Assembly (NCBI GenBank): GCA_021823685.1
Contig: JAKANL010000005.1
Span: 5,489 to 69,488, forward strand
Reading direction: 5' to 3'
Source: a bacterium
GTDB taxonomy: Bacteria > Babelota > Babeliae > Babelales > UBA12409
DNA length: 64,000 bases
Positions within the stretch are counted from its first letter, which is position 1. Every line of letters starts with the position of its first letter. Shown here piece after piece: positions 29,060-36,784 of the stretch. Both the position numbers and the translations under genes were made by a program. The notes beneath the pieces are model-generated. The model worked only from the letters and a program-made list of their open reading frames with translations. It made no database searches and was not told the origin of the DNA.

Positions 29060-29349
29060 GTAACCCCTTATTAAACGCAAAAAGCGTTGGGCCTTGAAGG
29101 CAAGGCCAACGCTCAACTACTCATCTCCCATTCCATCGCAAAGCTCAATTTGATTGAGATCGCATTCACCTTAAAACAATTAGAAAAAAATAACAAGATA
29201 TCAAACGATCTGCCAACGTTTTACAAAAAAAGCTGCCATACTAGAAGGAGGACCAGAGAGTAATGGCGGGCAAGCTCGATCTCGTATCATCAAGAACGCT
29301 TTTTTATGCTAGAATGAAGAACAAATAACCGCCTGCGCAAAGGACCATT

Positions 29350-31791
29350 ATGGCTTATAACCCGCAAGAAATTGAAAAAAAATGGCAAAAACACTGGCAA
29401 ACCGAACCAGATGCCGTCACGCTTCCTGATCACACAAAAACCAAATTTTATTGTTTAGACATGTTTCCCTATCCATCAGGCGCGGGAATTCATATGGGGC
29501 ACGTCAAAAATTATGTTTTTTCGGATATGTATGCCCGTTGCAAATGGCTGCAGGGATATAATGTTCTTCACCCCATGGGCTGGGACGCCTTCGGATTACC
29601 GGCAGAAAACGCCGCTATCAAACAGGGTGTCCACCCACAAAAAAGCACACAACAAAGTATTGCGACGTTTACCAAGCAACTCAAAAGCCTTGGTCTTTTT
29701 TACGACTGGACCAAAGAAATAAATACCACGGATCCGGAATATTATAAGTGGACACAGTGGATTTTTTTGAAAATGTATAACGCCGATTTGGCCTATTGTG
29801 CCAATAAGCCAATCAACTGGTGCCCTTCATGCAAGACCGGCCTGGCCAATGAAGAAGTAGTTAACGGCGGCTGCGAACGCTGCGGCACGAAAGTGGAACA
29901 AAAACAAATTCCACAATGGGTGCTCAAAATTACCCAATATGCGCAAAAATTAATTGATGGGTTAGAAGAGCTTGATTGGTCGGATAAAGTTAAGCAAATG
30001 CAGCGTAATTGGATTGGCAAAAGTGAAGGCACGCTGGTTACTTTTACGGCTAAAGATCATCACGGCAAACCACTTAATATTGAAATATTTACTACGCGCC
30101 CGGATACCCTTTTTGGCGTGACCTATCTCGTGGTAGCGCCCGATGCGCCTATTGTCCAAGATATTATTGCGCCACAACACGTTGATGCCGTCCGCGCATA
30201 TCAAGAACACGTCAAAAAAATGTCGCCTTTCGAGCGCCAGCTTGACCGCGAAAAAACCGGCGTTTTTACCGGCACCTACGCGCAACATCCGATCACCGGC
30301 AAAGATATTCCGGTATGGCTTGCCAGCTACGTCTTAAGCGATTATGGCACCGGAGCGGTTATGGCCGTCCCTGCGCACGATACCCGTGATTTTGAATTTG
30401 CACAAAAATATGGTTTACCCGTTATACAAGTCATTGAAAGCCCGGAAGCTGCGCACGACGCCTCGGGGAAATTAACCGCTGCCTATGAAGGCGATGGGAT
30501 ACTCATTAATAGCGGACAATTTAATGGCGTCGAGTGCACAAAAGCTACTGCAGAAATCACCAAGTTACTCGCTAGCAAACGCATGGGCAATCATCACGTG
30601 CAATATAAACTGCGCGATTGGATTTTTTCGCGCCAGCGTTACTGGGGTGAGCCAATTCCGCTGATTCATTGCCCAACATGCGGTACTGTTCCCGTCCCGG
30701 AAAAAGATTTACCGGTGTTATTGCCCGATGTTGAACGGTATGAACCGACCGGCACGGGTCAATCGCCGCTTGCTGCTATTGATTCATGGGTAAATGTGTC
30801 CTGCCCACGCTGCAAAGGGCCGGCCAAACGCGAAACGAACACAATGCCACAATGGGCCGGTTCATGCTGGTATTTCTTGCGTTATCCAAATCCAGGGCTC
30901 AAAGACCGCGCATTTGATGTTGAAGACATGAGTTATTGGATGCCGGTCGATTTATATATTGGCGGCATCGAACACGCAATTTTGCACTTACTCTACGCGC
31001 GTTTTTACATCAAAGTATTGGCAGATTTGGGATATCTTTCATTTAACGAGCCATTCAAAAAACTTTATAACCAGGGCATGATCCTAAAATACTCAGAAAA
31101 GAGCGGCCAAGTTGAAAAGATGTCGAAATCCAAAGGTAATGTCGTCAACCCTGATGATATTGCCGCCGCCTACGGCGTTGATGCGCTTCGTTTATACATT
31201 ATGTTTATGGGCCCCGTTGAAATGGATTGCGAGTGGCAAGAAAACGGCCTTGAAGGCATGAAGCGTTTCCTCAATCGTTTGTGGACATATCTGACCACCC
31301 AAGGAACTATTTTAGCCGATAACGCCTCTGAAGATGCACAAGTTTCAGCGCGTATCCAGTTATTCTTAATCGAATTTCAAGATCGCGTTGCTCAATTCAA
31401 ACCCAATACTGCCATTTCAGCCATGATGGAATTGCTTAACGATTTAATGGCGCGTCAAGCTAAGATCAGCAGAAAAAGCGTAGAAAGCATGCTCGTTTCA
31501 CTTTCGATCATTGCACCGCATATTGCCAGCGAATTGCTCGAGCAATTATTACATAAAAAGCTTCGCGATTGTTCCTGGCCCGTTGGAGATAAAAGCGCCC
31601 TTCAAGCGCAGCCAGTAGTTATAGCCATTCAGATTAATGGCAAGACGCGCTGCACCATATCAGTGGCTCAGGGAACGGATAAAAAAACAATCGAAAACCA
31701 AGCACACATTGCAGCCAAAAAATGGCTCGCGCAGGCAATGATTAAAAAAGTTATTTTTGTCCCCGATCGATTAATTAATTTTGTGGTGTAA
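29350..31791 (+). CDS. leuS: Leucyl-tRNA synthetase
   Basis: 813 aa. HIGH-type GIHMGHVKNY, KMSKS (EKMSKSKGN), and a CP1 editing domain with TTRPDTLFGVTYLVVAP. Confidence 0.97.
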   Translation: MAYNPQEIEKKWQKHWQTEPDAVTLPDHTKTKFYCLDMFPYPSGAGIHMGHVKNYVFSDMYARCKWLQGYNVLHPMGWDAFGLPAENAAIKQGVHPQKSTQQSIATFTKQLKSLGLFYDWTKEINTTDPEYYKWTQWIFLKMYNADLAYCANKPINWCPSCKTGLANEEVVNGGCERCGTKVEQKQIPQWVLKITQYAQKLIDGLEELDWSDKVKQMQRNWIGKSEGTLVTFTAKDHHGKPLNIEIFTTRPDTLFGVTYLVVAPDAPIVQDIIAPQHVDAVRAYQEHVKKMSPFERQLDREKTGVFTGTYAQHPITGKDIPVWLASYVLSDYGTGAVMAVPAHDTRDFEFAQKYGLPVIQVIESPEAAHDASGKLTAAYEGDGILINSGQFNGVECTKATAEITKLLASKRMGNHHVQYKLRDWIFSRQRYWGEPIPLIHCPTCGTVPVPEKDLPVLLPDVERYEPTGTGQSPLAAIDSWVNVSCPRCKGPAKRETNTMPQWAGSCWYFLRYPNPGLKDRAFDVEDMSYWMPVDLYIGGIEHAILHLLYARFYIKVLADLGYLSFNEPFKKLYNQGMILKYSEKSGQVEKMSKSKGNVVNPDDIAAAYGVDALRLYIMFMGPVEMDCEWQENGLEGMKRFLNRLWTYLTTQGTILADNASEDAQVSARIQLFLIEFQDRVAQFKPNTAISAMMELLNDLMARQAKISRKSVESMLVSLSIIAPHIASELLEQLLHKKLRDCSWPVGDKSALQAQPVVIAIQINGKTRCTISVAQGTDKKTIENQAHIAAKKWLAQAMIKKVIFVPDRLINFVV

Positions 31792-31808
31792 CACGCATCC
31801 AAAGCAAC

Positions 31809-31847
31809 AAAAAGCGTCGCCATTTGGAATGGCGACGCTTTTTATTT
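31809..31847. terminator. Bidirectional intrinsic terminator
   Basis: AAAAAGCGTCGCCATT-TGG-AATGGCGACGCTTTTT lies between leuS(+) and the convergent gene 31847..33013(-). Confidence 0.8.
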
Positions 31848-33013
31848 TATGTGGCAGAATCCCCTTCGGAAACTGGTGATGGTGAACGAGCCGACCGCCC
31901 AAGCGCACCCTCGGGTAAACTCAAGTGCCATGTATCGGTAATCTCGGTCAAAAGCGCAGGGGCTACTGAGCGAATCGCGCAACTAAAATCACCCCAAAAA
32001 GCTTTGAGCGCAGCACGCTGAGTAAACCAATCGCTGGAGCCCACGGCGCGCCGTTGCGGCGTCGCATACACTTTGAATTTTTTAAGCGGATCAGCAGCAA
32101 GATCAGCAAGTGCGTCATACTGGTGTTCACCAAAGGCATTAAGCAATTGCTTGAGCTCGATAATTTTATCTTTCTGGTCAGGAAGTTTACCAATAAATTC
32201 TTTGCACGAGGCCAAAACTTCAGCACTATTTTCGGGTATTTTTTGATCGGCAGAATCAAGAATTTTGCTAATCACATAGACACGTGTACCCATTAACTTG
32301 ATCGTGCTCATAAATCGCTCAACAAGCACCCCATGTTGGATCTGCATTAATTGTGCCTGCATTGCCGCAACGCCTCTTGAGCACGCTTCTGCTTCTTCAG
32401 TTTGCGCACCAGCCGGATTTTGAACGATAGAAAGCGTACGCGATACTGCACCCCTCAGCGCATCGAGATCCTCACCGGCTGATTCGGACTTTTCCTCGGC
32501 TTTTGTTGTTACACTATCAGTCTGTATAAATTCATCCTGAAAGGCACGCATCGCAGGTGCCTCTGATTCCACAAGACCATCTGTCTGCGTACTTTTTTCT
32601 TGGCAATCAGCAGCCGATCGCTCAATAGAGAAAAGAGCATCCTGAGTCTGCGCACCAACTGATCTTCTTTCGCGCGTCTCAGCCGACGTTCGCATTCGTG
32701 GCGCCAAAAACAACCGCTGCAAGCGATCAAGTTCTGCGCGCTGCGATACCAGCGACTTTAATGCGTCCAACTCACCGGCAAGTTGCCACCAACTCCGATA
32801 TCTCCGCGACTCCGGCTGAAGGGAGGTGATAAGTGGTTGCGCCAAATCTTTTTTGCGCGCAGCAAAACCGACATGCAGTAATACGTTAATGCGCAGTTTT
32901 TCGGATAAAAATGTTTGTTGATTGTGAAGAACTTCACGTTTTTGTGCTGCAAAAAGAGAACCGATCGTCAATGATATCATCAGTACAAGATACCCAAACG
33001 TACGTTTGACCAT
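31847..33013 (-). CDS. Hypothetical secreted protein
   Basis: 388 aa with the signal peptide MVKRTFGYLVLMISLTIGSLFA|AQ. I recognise no family. The last approximately 40 codons lie in GC-rich, repeat-related sequence. Confidence 0.55.
   Translation of the reverse strand: MVKRTFGYLVLMISLTIGSLFAAQKREVLHNQQTFLSEKLRINVLLHVGFAARKKDLAQPLITSLQPESRRYRSWWQLAGELDALKSLVSQRAELDRLQRLFLAPRMRTSAETRERRSVGAQTQDALFSIERSAADCQEKSTQTDGLVESEAPAMRAFQDEFIQTDSVTTKAEEKSESAGEDLDALRGAVSRTLSIVQNPAGAQTEEAEACSRGVAAMQAQLMQIQHGVLVERFMSTIKLMGTRVYVISKILDSADQKIPENSAEVLASCKEFIGKLPDQKDKIIELKQLLNAFGEHQYDALADLAADPLKKFKVYATPQRRAVGSSDWFTQRAALKAFWGDFSCAIRSVAPALLTEITDTWHLSLPEGALGRSARSPSPVSEGDSAT
31855..31980. repeat. GC-rich repeat-related segment, copy C (weak)
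   Basis: ACCCTCGGGTAAACTCAAGTGCCATG resembles ACCCTTCGGTAAACTCAGGATGCATG at 38904-38929. By eye it is richer in GC than the flanks. Confidence 0.3.
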
Positions 33014-33038
33014 CGCGATTTAAATCCCCTGGTTGTTT

Positions 33039-34934
33039 TTAGCCCGGCAAGTAACCCGTCGCAACGCTAGCCGCTGAAGCAAGACCGCGAGCCAATTCTG
33101 CTGTTCTGGCTGCCGTTGACGCGCTTATCATGGGCGATTCAGGTGCGGTAACTTTCTCGGCAAGCATGCCCGTAAGTTTTGTCACGGCAGAAGGATCTTC
33201 CTGCGCCAACTGCTTAAACATAAGCCCAGCGATATCGGCTTCCGGCTGACTGGATGAGATTACCATTTTTGGCTCTGCAGCACCAGCTGGACTTGAAACG
33301 ATCGGTTCAAAAGATTCCTGAAAAGCCGTTGTCGGCTCACCAATAGAAAGTTCTATGGGGCCACGTACCGGTGCAACCGGTACATCCGTCGATTCGGCTG
33401 CCAAGCGCTCGCGCGCCTCTCTAGGATTAAACCATTCAAACATCGTTGAAAGCTTGTTGATGACGCGCTGGGTAACGCCCGCTTCTGGGGCCTTTTGTGC
33501 AGGTCTGGCTTGTGCGGGGAAAACAGCTGGGCCGGGAAGTTCAGCGTGCACAGTTGGACGTGTAAGATCGGTAATTTTTTGATTTAGCCCCTCGATAGCG
33601 CTTTTTTGCGCGCGAACAACGCTGGAAAGCTGCCCAATACGTACTTTGTCGGTTATGTTGGATGGGCGCTGCACAGCAGCAAGTTTCTGTTGAATGAGCC
33701 CGGGTTTTACAAACATCTCTTCTATTCTTGCGCGCATGGCAGATTGCCGTAAATTGCTCATCTCTTTATTTTTTGCGGTGACCGCTGCTTCAAGTTTGGC
33801 GCGATCACTTTCAATTTTAGCGGCAGCTTGCCGTTGATCAGCGAGCACCTTATCGGCATCTGCCAAACGCTGATCTTTGGTGCGCATCTCAGCAGTTACT
33901 TTATCGATTTCCTGCTCGTGGCGCTTAACGGCGATCTCGAGTTCTTCGGCGCGCTTTTGGGCGATATCACGCTCTTGAGCCGCTTTTGCAGCCTGCACGG
34001 TATCGAGCCGGTGCTGTTCTTGCGCCCTCGCCGCCGCATCCGTTATTTCTTTTTCATGGATTTCTTTTTGGGTAACAGCCTCTTGCTCATGACGTTTAAC
34101 GGCCGTCTCGAGTTCTTCAGCGCGCTTTTGGGCAATATCACGCTCTTGGGCCGCTTTTGCGGCCTGCGCGGTATCGAGCCGGTGCTGTTCTTGCGCCCTC
34201 GCCGCCGCATCAGTTATTTCTTTTTCATGGATTTCTTTTTGAGCAACAGCCTCTTGCTCATGACGTTTAACGGCCGTCTCGAGTTCTTCAGCGCGCCTTT
34301 GGGCAATATCACGCTCTTGGGCCGCTTTTGCAGCCTGCACGGTATCGAGCCGGTGCTGTTCTTGCGCCTTCGCCGCCGCATCAGTTGTTTCTTTTTCATG
34401 GATTTCTTTTTGGGTAACAGCCTCTTGCTCATGACGCTTAATGGCCGTATCGAGTACCTCAGCGCGCTTTTGGACAACAGCACGATCTTGGACAATTTGT
34501 TCTAAACGCTCTTTTAGATGCGCTGATTCTTGCGCGGTTTTGCTCATGGCATTTTTTGCTTCCTGGCAGCCTGTGCGTTCAGTCACAAGCAGCTTCTTAA
34601 TCGATTGAGCCCGTTGGCGCAAAAGCTCCATGTTGCTATTGTACGAAAATTGTTGCGATCTAATCCGCTTGGCAAGCGCATCCATCTCGCGCTGAATATT
34701 TTTACGCATGGAAACAGCCCCTTTGCCAAAACGATCCCCAAGCTTTCTACGCACACTCCCATGGATCACCTCAGGCTGAAGCTTGCCAAGCGCTAAAAGA
34801 CGCTCAACATCACTGCGCGCACTACGATAGGCATCGACGGCATCACCTGCCATCAAACCCGGTACGGAACAAAGGATAAAAAAGATACTGCGATATAATC
34901 GTGAAATAACCACCATTTCCCCTTTCAGGTCCAT
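33039..34934 (-). CDS. Secreted coiled-coil protein with 57-aa tandem repeats
   Basis: 631 aa with the signal-like segment SIFFILCSVPGLMA|GD. A long heptad-rich, charged region contains about 3.3 copies of RAEELETAVKRHEQEAV.QKEIHEKEITDAAARAQEQHRLDT.QAAKAAQERDIAQK. Confidence 0.8.
   Translation of the reverse strand: MDLKGEMVVISRLYRSIFFILCSVPGLMAGDAVDAYRSARSDVERLLALGKLQPEVIHGSVRRKLGDRFGKGAVSMRKNIQREMDALAKRIRSQQFSYNSNMELLRQRAQSIKKLLVTERTGCQEAKNAMSKTAQESAHLKERLEQIVQDRAVVQKRAEVLDTAIKRHEQEAVTQKEIHEKETTDAAAKAQEQHRLDTVQAAKAAQERDIAQRRAEELETAVKRHEQEAVAQKEIHEKEITDAAARAQEQHRLDTAQAAKAAQERDIAQKRAEELETAVKRHEQEAVTQKEIHEKEITDAAARAQEQHRLDTVQAAKAAQERDIAQKRAEELEIAVKRHEQEIDKVTAEMRTKDQRLADADKVLADQRQAAAKIESDRAKLEAAVTAKNKEMSNLRQSAMRARIEEMFVKPGLIQQKLAAVQRPSNITDKVRIGQLSSVVRAQKSAIEGLNQKITDLTRPTVHAELPGPAVFPAQARPAQKAPEAGVTQRVINKLSTMFEWFNPREARERLAAESTDVPVAPVRGPIELSIGEPTTAFQESFEPIVSSPAGAAEPKMVISSSQPEADIAGLMFKQLAQEDPSAVTKLTGMLAEKVTAPESPMISASTAARTAELARGLASAASVATGYLPG
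33936..34448. repeat. Tandem repeat, 171 bp x 3 full copies (plus partial copies on both sides), in-frame coding
   Basis: The unit start CTCGAGTTCTTC recurs at 33936, 34107 and 34278. The units differ at only a handful of positions. Confidence 0.9.
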
Positions 34935-35046
34935 TTATTACAGTATACGCCAAATACCCACAAAGGTCAAGGAAAAATGCTAATTGAAAATTAGATGCCG
35001 AGCGCCAACCGAAGCGTAATTAAGACGGATTGCTCTCAGAAAGCAC

Positions 35047-35083
35047 AAAAAAGAGGGGCCTCGCTTCCAGGCCCCTCTTTTTT
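35047..35083. terminator. Intrinsic terminator hairpin
   Basis: AAAAAAGAGGGGCC-loop-GGCCCCTCTTTTTT lies between 33039..34934 and 35099..36661, both on the minus strand. Confidence 0.75.
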
Positions 35084-35098
35084 AAACAAGCTACAAAT

Positions 35099-36661
35099 TT
35101 AAATAGAAACACCCAGCTTAATCCAGGCGAGCCAACGGTTAGTTACCGTATTTGCATGTCCTGATTCATACGAACCACCGATACTGATAAATGTTGGATA
35201 TTCAATATCTTTCCAGGCATATGACAATGCACCATAAATAATCTGCGACATACAGCCAGGATATGCTGCTGAATTTTCTTCGATATCGTCATTGGTGATA
35301 GCAATATACGTTGGAACTTTTGCGCCCTGCGTTTGGATATCAGGATTACCCAATGGGAAGTTATCAATATCAAAAACAGGAGAATTTGGTTTGGCAAGAC
35401 TACGCGTATACGGCGTATTGACTCCGTTAGCCCACGCAGCCATCGCCGGAATACCTACGCGCTTGCTGCACTTGCCACATAAACAAATATCTTCGGCGTG
35501 GCGCATGAGCAAATTGGCACCACCTTCAGCGCTAAAACCACCCTCGTTGTAACGCAATGCAATGTTAATATCAATATTGTAGTGTGGATGCACTTCAACG
35601 CACATCGTCGTGTAGTTGATCAAGTAATCGAGATAGTCTGAGTTGCCTATAACTGCGTCATCTGCGGTCCAATCGGGCAGGAGCGCATCGGTTTTATAGC
35701 AAACCATGTAACGACTCCACGGTTTACCCTTTAAATCAAATGAACGTTTTTGCTTGTTTGGCACAAGATAGCGCAAAACCGACTCGCACAAGCACGTAAC
35801 CGTACGCCCTTTTTTATCGTTCAACAATTCTAATTCGTTGTTGGAACCAAAAAGAAGCTCAACGTGCCCATTGTTGCCCAAAATTGGTTCAAATAAATAA
35901 CGCGAACATGGTTTATTGCCGGTTGGAATTGTAATACCTACAAACCATCCGTGTAGACACTCTTCACTTTTATGCACGTCATAACCGAAGCGAGCCTCAA
36001 CTTGCGGAACCCCGGTTTTACGCAGACATCTATTCGTCATACGGCCGTAGCAACGCTTGGTATTGCAATCGCCCATGGCGCTGATAAACGAACCAAACGC
36101 ACCATCAGGCACATTGCCATTACCGGCATGAAGAGGGGTCTCGCACATATTTAAGCGATTTTCGATACGAACGACGGGTAGCGAGATATCAAACCAAAAA
36201 TTGCGCGGCAAGCGTTGGAAGTAAGAAAAGCCAACGCCAAACGATCGCTGCTTAGGGCAAAAACGAACGCGGCTGGCATAGCTGAGTGGTGTCAGATTAT
36301 CGATATCAACGGGAGCCGTCTGAATACCCAGGTTGTAAGCATTGATATCAACCGGTTGGACAAACGATGAGGTTGGAGCGTCGTCTTCAGCAACGATAAT
36401 TTCGTAACCTTCATTGGGCAAGAAATACTTTGCAATTTTGTTTGCCTGTGTGGTTTCACCGCCAAAAACGGTGGCCTGCAATGATGCTCCGTGGCCATCC
36501 TCACGCACACTACGAAAATCTCTGAAGATTGATATCAGTTCAGGCCGTTCTACTTTATAGAGTGGTGGTATTGGTAAAAATGTAAGTCCATAAACGTCGG
36601 CAAAGAGCCGTGCCGCCGGCATTGAGATTAAAAGAACAAGCAGTAGCTTTCGCGCCATCAT
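35099..36661 (-). CDS. Cysteine-rich putative outer-membrane beta-barrel protein / porin
   Basis: ATG at 36661 (AAGGA RBS; the track start at 36688 is TTG). Signal peptide MMARKLLLVLLISMPAARLFA|DV. It has many alternating-polarity strands (FGVGFSYFQ, WFDISLPVV, EARFGYDV, INIALRYN, ISIGGSYE) and ends in an amphipathic strand, WLAWIKLGVSI. I count about 15 Cys. Confidence 0.5.
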   Translation of the reverse strand: MMARKLLLVLLISMPAARLFADVYGLTFLPIPPLYKVERPELISIFRDFRSVREDGHGASLQATVFGGETTQANKIAKYFLPNEGYEIIVAEDDAPTSSFVQPVDINAYNLGIQTAPVDIDNLTPLSYASRVRFCPKQRSFGVGFSYFQRLPRNFWFDISLPVVRIENRLNMCETPLHAGNGNVPDGAFGSFISAMGDCNTKRCYGRMTNRCLRKTGVPQVEARFGYDVHKSEECLHGWFVGITIPTGNKPCSRYLFEPILGNNGHVELLFGSNNELELLNDKKGRTVTCLCESVLRYLVPNKQKRSFDLKGKPWSRYMVCYKTDALLPDWTADDAVIGNSDYLDYLINYTTMCVEVHPHYNIDINIALRYNEGGFSAEGGANLLMRHAEDICLCGKCSKRVGIPAMAAWANGVNTPYTRSLAKPNSPVFDIDNFPLGNPDIQTQGAKVPTYIAITNDDIEENSAAYPGCMSQIIYGALSYAWKDIEYPTFISIGGSYESGHANTVTNRWLAWIKLGVSI

Positions 36662-36737
36662 AATTATCCTTTCTTGATTGGCCAACAAAAAACCTACTCC
36701 TGTTCTACTACACTGAACAATGTAATGTAAACAAAAA

Positions 36738-36765
36738 GAAGAGGCAGTTTTTTAACTGCCTCTTC
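36738..36765. terminator. Intrinsic terminator hairpin
   Basis: GAAGAGGCAGTT-TTTT-AACTGCCTCTTC lies just downstream of the gene 36785..38437(-). Confidence 0.7.
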
Positions 36766-36784
36766 AAGAATAATCTAAAAAGAG

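Noticed and set aside
29262-29327. 21-codon ORF (MAGKLDLVSSRTLFYARMKNK) with an AGGAGG upstream, as a possible leuS leader peptide
   Set aside because: It is not enriched in Leu codons, there is no obvious terminator/antiterminator pair, and the SD-ATG spacing is long. The evidence is insufficient.
33828-34505. 225-aa ORF on the + strand, antisense to the coiled-coil gene
   Set aside because: It lies entirely inside the 171-bp tandem repeat. Its own sequence is just the repeat read backwards (FFFMDFFLGNSLLLMTFNGRLEFF x3), and it has no RBS. The minus-strand frame gives a coherent signal peptide plus coiled coil.
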